The notes under the pieces were generated by a model. It saw only the letters and a list, made by a program, of their open reading frames with translations. It was not told where the DNA came from and did not search any database. Below, piece after piece: positions 49,202 to 61,475 of a DNA stretch of 64,000 nt. How positions within the stretch are numbered: the first letter of the stretch is position 1; each line of letters opens with the position of its first letter. Source of the stretch: Camelus ferus (lineage: Eukaryota); assembly GCF_009834535.1 (NCBI RefSeq), contig NC_045696.1, positions 119,972,001 through 120,036,000 of the forward strand, in the 5' to 3' direction. The position numbers and the translations under genes were made by a program.

Positions 49202-51140
49202 GGCAAGGATAGGGGGCTTTCCCCCAGCGGTTGCCCAGGGCAACAGGCCCCTTGGCCTGTTCTGACCCCTGCGGGCTGGGGGCCTCCATCTGGTGCCCTG
49301 AGGCCCCACGGCCATGACCTCACACACGGGGCGTCCTCTGCTCACCCCAGGCTGGTGACTTTCTGATCCTTTATAGAAGGTGGTGGGACACCCCATCTTC
49401 ATTTTGCGCCCAAGTCTCCAGGGGCTTCCAGAAGCCTTTTTTTTAAGTTGCAGTGTGGTCAGCTTACCGCATCGTGTTCGTGTCTGGTGTCCAGCACAGT
49501 GATCCATCACACACACACATACTCCTTCCCATGTCCGTTTTCATTGTGGGCCCTTGGGAAGCCTCCTCTTGCTTCGTGATGGCAGTTGTGGGAGGTGCAT
49601 TCAGGTGGAGCCCATTCATTCCTCAGTAAACCCAGGGAGTCCCTTTGGGTTTCAGGTGCTGGCATTCAGAAGGGAGGCGGGAAGGCCACCCAGAGGCCTG
49701 CGACCTGAATGGGAGTGGGGTCTGGGCTGGTCCCGAGAGCAGGGGCGGGAACAGTGTCGGGGGGACGAGCGGTTAAGCCCAGAGAGCTTTCCAGATCAGC
49801 CTTTCCAGACCCCACTGCCTGATCCGGCTCCTGACTGGGGATGAGCGTGGCTCTTCCACCAGGGACACCCCACTCCTCACCCCCTCACTCACACCCCACG
49901 GAGGGGACACGTGCTCTCCTTGGTGGCTGACGTCCTCCCTGTGGCCCCCCCTACCGATCCTGATCTGTGTAGCAGTGGCCGGCGTGGCCTTGATGGGGAG
50001 AGGAAGTAAGAGGAACGTCACCGGACCAGCACTTCCTGGTCAGGAGCGTGTGTCCCAGCGGGTGGTACTGGGTAGACGGTGAGCGTGGGCCGCACTGGGT
50101 CAGCGTTTGACTCTGGCCACCGTTGCTGTCTGTGTGAACTTGGGTGAGTTATTTCTCCTTTCTGAGCTGGGTCTCCTTTATCAAGTAGGGATGGTACTTG
50201 CACTGACCTCACAGAGGAATTCGCAGGTCTCACCGAGGGCCGTACCGGAGCACCTTGTGTGTTACTTGACTCGGAATAAATGCCCAAACACTGGCTGCTG
50301 TAATTTTCTTCACAGCCCTCTGAGTCCACATGAAGGGCTTTGTTAGTAGTCAGGATCTAGACAAGTCTTGTCTCCTGGGCTCCCTCTGTGATCTGGAGCC
50401 ACTGCCAGCCAAGCGGGCAGCTCTGGGCAGCCAAGTGACAAGACCCCTCCTCTTTATGAGGTGGAGCAGAAATACCCCATCCCCCTGCTCCCCGCAGGGG
50501 CAGGGGCCCTGGTTTCCTGGCTCCCGCCAGCCACCAAGATGCTGTGTGACTTTGAGCAAGTTGCCTTGCTTCTCTCGGCCCTCCTTTGAGAAATGAAGGG
50601 CCTGTCAACCTCCCTCCACCTTCAACTTCGGTTGCAACCAACGCAAATGTTCAGATGCTCTTGTTCTCCCTGGGGCCAATAGTGGGCTGCAGCTGTGACA
50701 GTGACAGGCCTCTCCACTCCTGCCCCTTGGCTGATGATCCTGTGGGACACCCATGCGTGTCTGAGTGCTGCTGGTTACAGCGGGTGGGGCTGGTGTTGCT
50801 CCCCTCCCCTCCGCTTCCCTCCCCAGAACTTAGCGTCCGGGAGGTACTGTGTCGATGTCAAATGGCTTGTGTCCTGCCAGTGGGGTGTGTGATGGGATGG
50901 CGTGCTTCCCTCCCACCCCTTGTGTGGTTTCAGAAAATGTTTTATGAAACACCTTACAAAGAGGCCATGAGCTTTGGGATTCTTAAGGAAGCCCCCAAAG
51001 TTCATTTCCTTGGGCTTAATGGTGATAAAGTGGACTGTGAGCAGCCACAAAGGACTTGAGGGAGATTGGACATCTTCGCTGGCTGCTGTAGTCACTCTGT
51101 AGGTTTGCAGAACAGCCCAGCTGGGTGGAAGGGAAGATGT

Positions 51141-51500
51141 ATTATCATATAGGTTTAGATTTGCCTCAACATAACCGAAAACCCCCAAATAACAGTGGCT
51201 TAAACATGAGATTTTATTTTTTTCTGTCATGTAAAAAGTCCAGGGCAGAGACCTAATTTAAGAGAGTTGCCTCATGATCCAAAATGGCTGTTAAAGCACC
51301 AGCCATTGTATTGCTATCACAATATCAATGGAGAGACAAAGGAGCTCTCCCGGAAGTCTTAGTGTCTGTTTATGGTCTCATTGGCTAAAGGTTAGCAACA
51401 GGGGCACTGGCTACAGTGACAGCTGGGAAGTAGGCTCTCAGCCGAGACACTGCCTCATCCTGAGGCACGAGGAAAGATGGGGAGGAGAAACAGTGGGTAC
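51141..51500 (-). mobile_element. MLT1J-like LTR remnant
   Basis: cccaaataacagtggcttaaaca...cctcatgatccaaaatggctg..caccagccat. Confidence 0.6.
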
Positions 51501-51784
51501 AGAGCAGATGCTCAGCTTGGATGAATGAATAAATGATGGAGGGGATCATTGATGGAGAGATGCCGACTGGCTTCTGTGGGTGGGGTAACTGTAGACCAAA
51601 TCCTCATATTAGTGGGATTCACAGTATGACAGGGAAAGCACATTTCTGATGCCCCAGGAGGGAAGGAACACTGCAGAAACTTCAGAAACTCCCCAGGGGC
51701 TCAGCGGAGAGCATGTTCTTCTGCAGGGCCACCTCAGGTGGGCTTCCTCTTTTCTTCTTTGTGTAGATCTGGTCCCCTTATGTT

Positions 51785-52228
51785 TTCTTTTTTAAAAGTA
51801 TAGTCAGTTTACAATGTTGTGTTAATTTCTGGTGTACAACATAGAGATAGTTATTTATACATTTATATATTTTTTTCATGTTTTTCATTATAGGCTATAT
51901 TACAAGGTATTGAATATAGTTCCCTGTGCTGTACAGTAGGAACTTATTTATCTATTTTATATATAGAAGTGTGTATCTGCTAATCCCAAACTCCTGATTT
52001 ATTCCCCCCTTCCCCTTTGGTAACCATGAGTTTGTTTTCTATGTCTGTGATTCTGTCTCTTTTGTAAATAAGTTCACTTGTGTCATATTTTAGATTCCAC
52101 GTAAGTGATATCATGTGCTATTTGTGTCTTTCTGGCTTACTTCATTTAGTATGATAATCTCCAGGTCCATCCATGTTGCTGCAAATGGACTTTTATTCTT
52201 TTTTATGGCTGAGTAGTATTCCATTGCA
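51785..52228 (-). mobile_element. L1 3' fragment
   Basis: aagtatagtcagtttacaatgttgtg...ccatccatgttgctgcaaatgg...tggctgagtagtattccattg. Confidence 0.9.
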
Positions 52229-53419
52229 TATGGGTTTCCTTACTTGGAGCACAGCAGGTGCACAACAGCAGGTGAGGTGGTTCTGGGCCCAGGTCACAGA
52301 AGCCACGTTTCAGAAGGTTCCCCTGAGAGCATCTTTCTTTAATTTGAAGACAGAAGAACTTCCTAATTGAAGCAGGGAGACCTGGGGAGGAGAGTTTATT
52401 ACCCTTGAATGCTGCTGAACTGAAATACTAAAATATGCTTAAAAACAAAGACAGATAGCTCTGAGAAAAGGTTAGGGTCCCCTGGGGTTAATTCTGGCCT
52501 GCTGGGTGGGGCTGGAAGCCCGCAGGGGTCTGTGGTGCAGTGTGGGGGCAGCTTCTCAGGGATGGGTCCTCCCCACCCCCCTCCCCCTGTGTCTGGACAG
52601 GTGGAGAGCTGTCCTCCGCGGGGGGATCAGAGTGAGTTGTGCCGCCGAGAGCCAGGTATGCCGCCTGGTGTCTTGTCAGTGGGTTTGTCCGTCCCGGAGG
52701 GCGGCCCCTGGTCCTCAGTGTGTTACTGGTGCACACCTGCGTGGTCCCCAGGCCACATGGTGGGCTTGCGGCAGGCAGGTCCCGTCTGGAGCTTTAGCCT
52801 TTAGCCTTTGTCAGGCCTCCTGCAGACACTGTTTCATAAATCTTCTCCCTCCTGGGCCCCCACCCATCCCACATTTTCATTTTGTCCCCGTCCCCCGCCC
52901 TCAGTCCAGGATCCTCCTCCTCCAAGAAGCCATCCTGGATTCCCTGCACGGGAAGGAATTTCTCCCTCAGGCTCCCTCACTGTATTACTTCAGAATGTCC
53001 ACGCCCAGTTCAGCCCCCTGAACGGCTTGTCGTGGCCTGAAGGTCAGGTCGGGTGTGATCCGAAGTCATGTGATCATTGTGATGGAGACTGGCACCCAAC
53101 AGGGTGTCACAGCTGTCCCCCACCCTGGCGGCTGCTGGGCTCCACGTCTGATTTTGTTCCTCTTAACTGTCTATAAGAAGTGTCCTCAGCCTGTGGTATC
53201 CAAGGACTTCCCTCTCAGTCATGTGAGAATGGCCCTGAGCCCTGGGGGTGCCCCTCCAGCTCATATAACTGACTGAGGGATCCGCTTAGTGGGGCTGGGG
53301 GGTGAGCAGTGGCTTTCCCTGGCTCCGGCGGGGAGTTCCAGGTGGACCTGCCCAGGGTGGTGATGAGAGTCTGTTGCTTTTCTGGCACAATTGCATGGCC
53401 CACTCCTGGGGGACGTGTG

Positions 53420-53780
53420 TCTACTGTATAAAAGCAATAGAATATGGGTCAACTATGTAAGTTAAAATTTTCTAGTTGTCCTAAAAAAAAAAAAACTGCA
53501 GGTGGAATTAGCTTTAATAATATGTTTTAACCCAGTATATACAAAATGCTGTCATTTCACCACATGATCAACATGGACATTATTTAGGAGACAGCTGTGC
53601 TCTTTTTTGTATTAGATCTTTATAAATTGGGATTTTTCTTCTTTTCTTTTTTCTCTTGGAGATACTGGGGAATGAACCCAGGGCCTCGTGCATGCTAAGC
53701 ACGCGCCCTCCCCCTGAGCCCGAGCCCCGCCCCCTGGGGGTTTTGCACTCAGTTTGGATTAATGATGCTTCGCATCCTCG
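53420..53780 (+). mobile_element. MER33-like MITE interrupted by a SINE
   Basis: tatgtaagttaaaattttctagt...caggtggaatta..ttaataatat..ttaacccagtatat. Confidence 0.7.
53634..53734 (-). mobile_element. Vic-1-type SINE (GC-shifted, lacks tail block)
   Basis: tactggggaatgaacccagggcctcgtgcatgctaagcacgcgc. Confidence 0.85.
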
Positions 53781-54413
53781 AGGGGCCCGTCTGCTGTGGG
53801 TCAGCTGCAGTTTCTGTGGATTCTGCCACTCGATGTTCCCTGAAAGTCAGGAGGGTGTCAGGACAGTTAGGGTCTACCCTTCACCCACTGCTGGTGTTGG
53901 CCGGTGTGTTTTGTCCAGCAGAGTCAGCGAGCCAGGGTGGGACTCGGAGCAGCCGGAGTCTGGTGGCAGCTCTCAGAGCCACAGTTCCCACTCTGAATGA
54001 CACATGGCACTGTGATCTCTTGGGGCCTTTCAGGTTCTCACGTGCTGTGAATGGAACCACAGATCTTGGCAGGGGTGGCGTGGGGATCGCTGATGCCATC
54101 GGCCCCATTAGCTGATGAGAGCTTCTCTGTGCAAGGCCAGGGCTGGCTGTACTTGCTTGTGTGGGCTGGTTTGCCGTCTCGAACCCTGACCGAGAGCTGG
54201 CGTGTTTATCTGGTCCCCTGGGTTCCGCGCTGTGAAAACCCTGCCTTCCCACCCAGCCCCATTCCCCGTCCAGCATCTGCATGGACCTGTGGGCACCCAG
54301 CCTGCTACCAGGCTGCAGGCAGAGAGGGATGGATGCTCCCCTTTTGGAGGGTGTGATGGGCCAGTGGGAGCCCCATGTCTCCTGAGACCTCATGAGGTTT
54401 TTTTCCCATCCAG

Positions 54414-54578
54414 GCTCAGCTGGAAGCCCAGAGGGCCACACAGGACTTCCAGAGGGCCACCGAGGTGCTCCGTGCCGCCAAGGAGACCATCTCCCTGGCT
54501 GAGCAGCGGCTGCTGGAGGACGACAAGCGGCAGTTCGACTCGGCCTGGCAAGAGATGCTGAATCACGCTACCCAGCGG
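54414..54578 (+). CDS. SH3BP5: SH3BP5 exon 4 (165 nt)
   Basis: ttttcccatccag acceptor; AQLEAQRATQDFQRATEVLRAAKETISLAEQRLLEDDKRQFDSAWQEMLNHATQR; donor CGG|gtacgg. Confidence 0.97.
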
Positions 54579-57500
54579 GTACGGTCCCCGTGGGGCGGGT
54601 GGGGGTGCATGCGCTGTGTTTGCACGTGTCTGTGTGAGGTGGGCAGCTCGTCAGGGGTGACCCCCAGGCTCCGGGCCGGGCCCCCTTGTCCACCCGATCC
54701 AGACTTCCCGCTGGTTTCCCCGAGCAGAGGAACAGACCCCCAGGTGTGTCGTATATCACAGGGGGTCAACTCCATGGGGTCTCTGCTGGCCTGGGGCTAA
54801 GCCATCCTGTGATGCAATGACAGTCACCCGGTGACAGGCACAGCTGTTCCTCCCCTGTCGCTTGAGGTTTGTCTGATTCAGATCATCCCTGCCCGTCCTG
54901 ACTGTGGCTTCCCAGAGGAACCAGGTCATTTTCTAGGGCCCCTCCCACTGACACTGAGTCTGGGGGGCTGGCTGGGTTTAGAGTCCTAGGCAGGGGACTA
55001 CCCCCTGGGCCTGGCCTGGGGCGCGGGTGCCGTCGGTGGAAGTGGGGCCGTAGTGGAGGAGGCCAGAACCTGGGGTGCACGGGTCAGCCTTCAGGCTGGG
55101 CTGGGATCTGGGGAGCCATGTGTGCTCAGGAAGGGGGCGGTGAATAGCCCTGAATCCTGGCTTTGGTGCCGTCATAATTTGGGCCTTGACTGGCCCCCAT
55201 GACCTGCCTCTTGGCCACATCGCTCAGAATCAGAAGTGGAGGGGACTGCGCTTGGGTCAGCTGATCTGTCGCTTCTGTGTGCCTCTGCTAGGCTCCTAGG
55301 AGTCACGCAGGACGTTCCGGATGCCTCCCTTCCTCGTTTGCCTGGGGGGAGGGGGCGGTCAGCTGACACGTGGCTTTGGTAGCTCTTTCTGAGGCCTTGG
55401 ATGGAGGGTCGAGTAAGGGGTTGGTCTGGACCCCCCGAGAGGCTGCCTGAAGGGCTGGCATAGAACCTTTTCAATGTCACCTGCCCTGGTGGCTCAAGTC
55501 CTGGGGGAGCTGATAATTAGACAGCTGTGTGCTTCCTTAAATAGCAAGCCTGACACACAGACGCCTTGGACTTCTCGTCAAAGCTGCATTGACTCTGTAC
55601 CGCCTCCCCCGGAATCCCAGGCTTCTGGCCGGGGTTGTGCGGCCGTGGGCCTCCTACCCTAGTGGACACGATGCTTGGAGAGCCGGACACAGGTGGGAAC
55701 AGCTTCCCTGGGTCCACTGGGGAAACGCCAAAGGGGAGGTTGGAAATCTTGAAAATTTTATAAGCCACAGCCTGACAGATGGGGAAAAGGACAGGATGAA
55801 AAAAAAAGAGAGTAGTTCCTTCCAAGAAACGAACTGAAGGCCTGCTTTTCCTTCCTGCCCAACTGAGATTGAAATCAGCTAGTCAGCAGTTATTTCAGAA
55901 ATCACTTAATCTGTTCTTTAAAAAAGAACAAAACATGTTTCTGCTTTTTTTCCCCTTTCTACTTTTTAAGTCCTGGAGTCCAGGAGAGGATGTTCCCAGG
56001 CCCTCCACACGCACAACTCCTGGGAGCACAGCTCTCACACCAGCGTCTTTGGGAACGGTGCTTCTCAGGGCTGTGCAGTGCGCAACTTGTGAGAGTGCAC
56101 AAGCCGGCCCTGGACCTCCTGACGTCATGTGGGGCTCCTTAGGGTCCTGGGAGGGCATCTGATGTGTGCCTTCACTGAGGCCACCGAAGGTTTCTTGGTT
56201 GGGAGTGGAGGAGGGTAGCCACTGCCGACGAGCAGGCTCCCTGGGTCCCGGCCAGGATTCTTGCCCCCGGCCCCAGGGCTGCTCTTCCTCTTCCTGAGGT
56301 TCCTCCACGTGCCCCGGGCCTGAGATGCAGCTCTCTGACCTGCTGGGAAGGAGAGTTGGAAACTGACAGCAGCAGGAGACAGAGCCCATGCGAAGCTGAC
56401 CTCGACCACATCCCCACGTTGCTGAGAAAAAACAGCCTGGAGGGGACGTGCTCTCTGGACGTGGCGGGCAGCGCAGACGTCTGTGTGTGGCTGTGCGTGA
56501 ACGTCCCTGTGACTGAGCCTGCCCCGCGGCCTGCGGGCCTGGCTCGCTCGGCTTCCTGAGTGCTGGCGGACGAAGACAGCGGAAGGTCTGGAATCGCTCC
56601 CTGGCTGACTCCTGGATCCTCCAGGAGGCCTGTTTCTTCCAGAGAAGGGAGCTTCCGCTCACCCTCCTCTTCTGAAGGCGCTGCGTGCAGCTCTAGACAA
56701 AGACGCAGACCTCAGAAAGGTCCAGGCCGCTTGAGGAATTGGTGGTTTGGGCTGCGTGACCCCCACCCCAGGCATAGCAGAAGGATCCGGGGCTCCCCAC
56801 GTTCCTTGCCTGAAGGCATCCGTGTGTCCCTTCTGTTCCCTCAGACTTGGGGTGACGGCAGGCAGCCCCACTGGGAGCAGGGCTGGAGCCAGCACCCTAG
56901 GACACTGTGAGCCACGTTGCTGCCGGCTTCTCTGTCATCAGGCCACGGGCGGGGCCGCGGGGCCAGGTCTCCGCTTAGAGCAGGGTCAGGAGACTGCAGA
57001 AGCCGCGGTGGTGGGAGGCAGAGCTGCGCGGGCTGCGCTTCGGGGGGCCTCCCTGCTGCGCCCACTTGGGCTTTAGGTCGCAGGGCCCCTCTGGCTTCAC
57101 CTGGTTTAGCCTCGAAGCAGCCCTTAGAGGGAGGTGATGGCTTTTCACCCTCTGGGAGGGAGAGGAGGCCTGGCGTCCTAGGAGGGAGGAGTTGGCGCCT
57201 CTGACATCTGCACGGCGGGACCAGAGCGATGAAGACGACGACCAGGCTTGGACGTGGGGAGGCGTGAGCTGTCGGGACCCAGCAGCTGCGGGGGGAAGGG
57301 AAGCAGAGTCAGTCTCGCCTCCTGGCCCCAGCGTGGAGCCGCCCGGGGTGTGGATCTGAGGCCAGCATGCCCGCGAACTGTCTGGCCGGCTCTCCTGGGC
57401 TGGTGGGTACGTGCCACCCCGTCCCCTGCAGCCATGAGAAGCCACCCTCCTGGGCCCCTGGCGCCCAGGGCTGCAGGAAGAACCAGAAAGCAGCTGGAAG

Positions 57501-58701
57501 TGAAGAGCCTGTGAAACCACCTTCCCGGGAGAGAGGACCCTGCTCCTGGCTCTGGTATAGGGGTGTCAGCAAGGGTGGATGGCCTCGGGTGGGGACAGGG
57601 GCTGGGACAGCTGGACGCGAGGCAGAGGACCGGGCTGGCTGGATGTCTCCCGGTCAGTCCAGGTCACTCTGCTGGGATGGGACCCAGCACTGGCCAGCAG
57701 GCCTGTTCAGTGCTGGTCAGTGTCCTGCAGGAAGCGTCTGTCTGAACATCTGTGCTTTGCTGTGAGCAGAGGGCCTGGGCGGAGCAGTGGCCGCAGGGTC
57801 AGTAGGGCCTTGGGGACCCAGCTGCCTGCTTGTCCTGCAGCTCCGGGAGGGGCCGTCAGCACTGCTGGGCCCCTATTCTCTCTGTGCTGCTGACCGGGGA
57901 CCCCATTCTCTGCTCTCCTCCTCCATGCCTTCTCCAAGGCCACTGCCCTCTGCCTGCCCAGGGCTCTTCTGGCCACTCAGGCCTCAAACCTTCCCAGTGG
58001 GAAGCAATGGGTGAGCAGTTTCAGGGTGTCTGGGGTGGGCATGAGGGGCAAGACTGCTGGTCTGTGGGATTTGGGGACCCTTTAGTCATTAGCATCTGCG
58101 GAGGCCAGTGCACCCGGAGGTGATCACAGAGCCTGGGGGTCGTCCCCAGGACACATCTTCTGGGAAAGAGGGGTCCAGGGCCGTCAGTGCTGGGCATTGA
58201 TTCCCTGGGAACTTGGCCGCTTCAGGGAAGGAGCGGGAAGCCAGGTGAGGCTCCATCTGCGCCCTGGTGCTCATTCCATGGAGAGCGGGTGCAGGACTGT
58301 GCTGAGCCCCGCTTGGTCCAAAGTGCCTTGCCCCTCACACCCCACAGCCCCCCAGCACTGCCTCGGCTGCCGGGCCCCCTCTGGGCTGCCAGGGGCCTGA
58401 CAGCCCAAATCCCACTGTGATGCGGTGCTGCTGGGCATCTGCACTGTGAGGCTGGCACACAGTAGGTGCTTCACCAGTGTCTGAGGCTCTGAATTGAATA
58501 CAATGGCGGTAAATGGAGGAGCGGTGTGGAGGTGGGCGCAGGATCCCCTCAGCCTGGCCTTCACCTTTGTGGAGTCCTGGGCGCCTCGGGGCTGAGCTGA
58601 ATCTCTTCCTTTCGTGCCCTCCACCTTCCCTGTAGAGCCTCCCTGTGCCACCCTCCCTCCTTACCTGCCTGATTCCAGGGTTCAGGGGGAGGGGCCAGTG
58701 G

Positions 58702-58825
58702 GTTACCTAGGAGACGTCACCAAGGCAACCGCTGGGTGACTCCCTGGAGGCAGGAAGTGGAGTGGGGGGCTCTCCTCCACTGCAGGTTGTGTGCCTGTGG
58801 GGTGGGGAGCTGGGGCGGGAAGTGG
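58702..58825. promoter_or_regulatory. Candidate intronic enhancer/promoter: tandem RFX X-boxes, CRE-like, ETS and GC-box motifs
   Basis: GTTACCTAGGAGAC (58702-58715), GTCACCAAGGCAAC (58716-58729), GACGTCA at their junction, CAGGAAGTGG (58751-58760), GGGGCGGGAAGTGG (58812-58825). Confidence 0.5.
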
Positions 58826-58967
58826 CAGAGGTGGCCGGGTGGCAGGGCCCATGTGCTGGCAGCTGCTGAGAGCCCTGCTTTTTGCAGGGAACCCTCTGTA
58901 CCGTCGCCTTAAGTCACAGCTTTCGTAGATCGTCTAAAATGCTTTCAGGCAGCTCCTTACAGGTGAA

Positions 58968-59111
58968 CGCTGCTCTGAGTCCTCCTGCAGGGGAACAGAT
59001 TGCCACGATACATCGTCTTCCTGTCTGATCAGCTTGGGGCGCTGCTCTGAGTCCTCCTGCAGGGGAACAGATTGCCACGATACATCGTCTTCCTGTCTGA
59101 TCAGCTTGGGG
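58968..59111. repeat. Perfect 2 x 72-bp tandem duplication
   Basis: 58968-59039 is identical to 59040-59111 (cgctgctctgagt...tcagcttgggg). Confidence 0.97.
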
Positions 59112-59948
59112 TTTGAGTGTTCACGAAGGTCCTACCAGTAAATCCTTAAAGTTTAAGATTGAAGACGAGATGCAGAGTTACCAAGCTCAGGATGTTTTTA
59201 GTGCATTTTAGGTCACTGTGACACCTTTGGGGTTCAAGGCATAGGGAAGGATTCTCCCGGCCCTTTGGTCTTGATTGAGGTCATCTAAGCAAGTCTGGGA
59301 CCGCATGCCAGCTTCTCTCAGGTCCCTCGTTCCCTCCTCTGGCTTTGTTTTAATTGGTTTTTTTTTTTAATATCTCAAGCGTTGAAACCATTGTTTGAAT
59401 GGTTTTGTGACCCTCACAATCTGTGAAGTCAGACCCTTCTGGACTGGTTTCTTCTGTGTCCACCAGCTAATTCAGGATGCTTGGGGAGAGGGTGGAACAG
59501 CTGAGGTCCCCAGGGCCCGCTGTCCTGCTGCACGTGCCTGGTTCGTGGGTCGCCCAGGTCCCCATGTCTGTGAAGGTCCCGCTGGCGCCACTGCCAGCCC
59601 ACTGGCTCCTGTCCGAGGGTGGGAGCAGGAGGGGCCCTAAGGCGGTGTCTTAGGACAGGTGGACATCGACTGAATCAGAGAATGTTCCATGACTGTCTCT
59701 TGATTTTTGTTTTTCCTTGTTCTTTTGCCTGGTCACACTGCCTCTGCCAGTTTGGCTATTTAATCTTCCCTGACATGACTTTTCCAGAATAGATTAATAG
59801 GGAAAAGTGATCCTGTTCTCTTTGGACGTAACATTAGCCTTCATCTGCCCCTTGAGGCCCTCAAATAAATTTTTTCTAAAAGACAAGTCCCACCCCTACA
59901 AGGGACTGCTCTGGGTTTGGCCGGGCTGACCTCTGCTGTTGTTTGAAG

Positions 59949-60079
59949 GTCATGGAGGCGGAGCAGACCAAGACGAGGAGCGAGCTGGTGCACAAGGAGA
60001 CGGCAGCCAGGTACAACGCGGCCATGGGGCGCATGCGGCACCTGGAGAAGAAACTCAAGCGAGCCATCAACAAGTCCAA
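59949..60079 (+). CDS. SH3BP5: SH3BP5 exon 5 (131 nt)
   Basis: tttgaag acceptor; VMEAEQTKTRSELVHKETAARYNAAMGRMRHLEKKLKRAINKS plus AA; donor AA|gtgagc (phase 2). Confidence 0.96.
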
Positions 60080-61056
60080 GTGAGCGGGGCCTGGGCTGTG
60101 TGCTCGGTGCGGCCGGGGCTGGGCTCTGGGACGCTCAGGCTGTGCCCTCGGCTGTGCGGCTGAGAGCAGGGGCGAGGCCCCGCCCCTCAGCTTACCCGTC
60201 AGCGTCCCGGGGCTCGCTGAGTCCCTGACACCCACTCTTTGTGGACCAGGAGCTGATGAAATGGGGCCAGACTGGTTTCAGTGGAGGTTTTCTCCAAGCT
60301 CTTCCCCCACCACTCCAGTATACTGCTCTGCAGTAATGATCTCAGGGACAAGCCCCTGCTTCACTCACAATTGCTGGGCCTCCCAGCAAAGAGACAGGAC
60401 CCAGGGTGGCCCAGGCTCCCCCAGCCCGAGACAGACCCCGAGCTTCACAGAGGGTGAAGGGCTCAAGAGGAAGCGTTGTCTCCTCTTAATGCTCAGACCT
60501 ACGCCCCTCCCAGTTCCTGGAAAGAGCCAGCGTCTCCCGGCCGACCCAGAGCCCAGGGGACCAGTGGAGGACTGACCTTTCTGGTCCTGTCTGGCCTGCT
60601 CTGCAGGCTGTCCAATCCCTCCGGTCCTGGACAGAGTCCCTGAGGCCAGCTTGAGCCCCTGTCCGGCCAAGGGGTGGTGTCTCCCTCCCAGGGTGAGCCC
60701 AGCCGAGCAGCGTGTGTATCGAGGCAGCTTCTAGGCCTTACATGCTGTTCAGCCTTGGGGAGCTGGCCTGCCCGGAGAGGAGGGCGAGCCAGGCTGCAGG
60801 GCCCTGGGACTCGCGCGCCCATGTGCGGGTTTCCCATATTGAGGTGGGCCTTCTGTCAGCTCGGCCCTGGTGGACCACCTGCATCTGGTGGGCCTGGGAG
60901 TTAGACACACCACCCTCATCTGCTGGCCTCCACGCGAAGCCGAGTAGATGCTGGAGGGTGACCTGGCCGGCCACAGCCACCACCCTGGGACGCCCCATGC
61001 AGTGTAGGGGGCCGCTGTGTCAGTGCTCTAACGGGTTCCCTTTCTGTCTCCCACAG

Positions 61057-61099
61057 GCCGTATTTTGAACTCAAGGCAAAGTACTACATGCAGCTGGAG
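61057..61099 (+). CDS. SH3BP5: SH3BP5 exon 6 (43 nt)
   Basis: Branch-like ctctaac, pyrimidine tract, ccacag acceptor; (K)PYFELKAKYYMQLE; donor GAG|gtacgt. Confidence 0.96.
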
Positions 61100-61301
61100 G
61101 TACGTGCAGCCTTTGGCTCTGTAGCCGATGGGACTTTTCTGCACTCCAGGCCCCCTTTCTGCAGTGGGCTTTCAACTGGCCCCACTGCTGTCGGGGAGAG
61201 TGAAGAGACACGTTCTCTGCTGAGTCTCCGGGCCTCAGGATGGCCTTGGTCTCTGACTCCCTCTGAATCTGCATGCATGCCCTTTCCACACTGTGCTCGG
61301 T

Positions 61302-61475
61302 CAGTGGTTCTCAACGCGCCCCCGGGACCAGAGCATCCGCATGGCCTGGGAGCCTGTCGGCAGTGCAGATTCCCAGGCCGGCTCCAGACCTGCTGAGTTA
61401 GAGGCTGTGCAGGTGGGGCCCGGCCAGCGGGGTTCACAGCCCCCAGGGGGTTGGAAGCAGTTCAAGAGTGAGCGC
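61302..61475 (+). mobile_element. MER5A-like MITE
   Basis: cagtggttctcaa...tgcagattcccaggcc..tccagacctgctga..agaggct..ggtggggccc. Confidence 0.7.

Noticed and set aside
55895..56662. 255-aa minus-strand ORF in intron 4
   Set aside because: No recognisable motif; consistent with chance in GC-rich intron.
58968..59111. CRISPR-like or other prokaryotic repeat-spacer system
   Set aside because: There are only two directly abutting copies with no spacer, and the window is mammalian with no cas-like ORFs.
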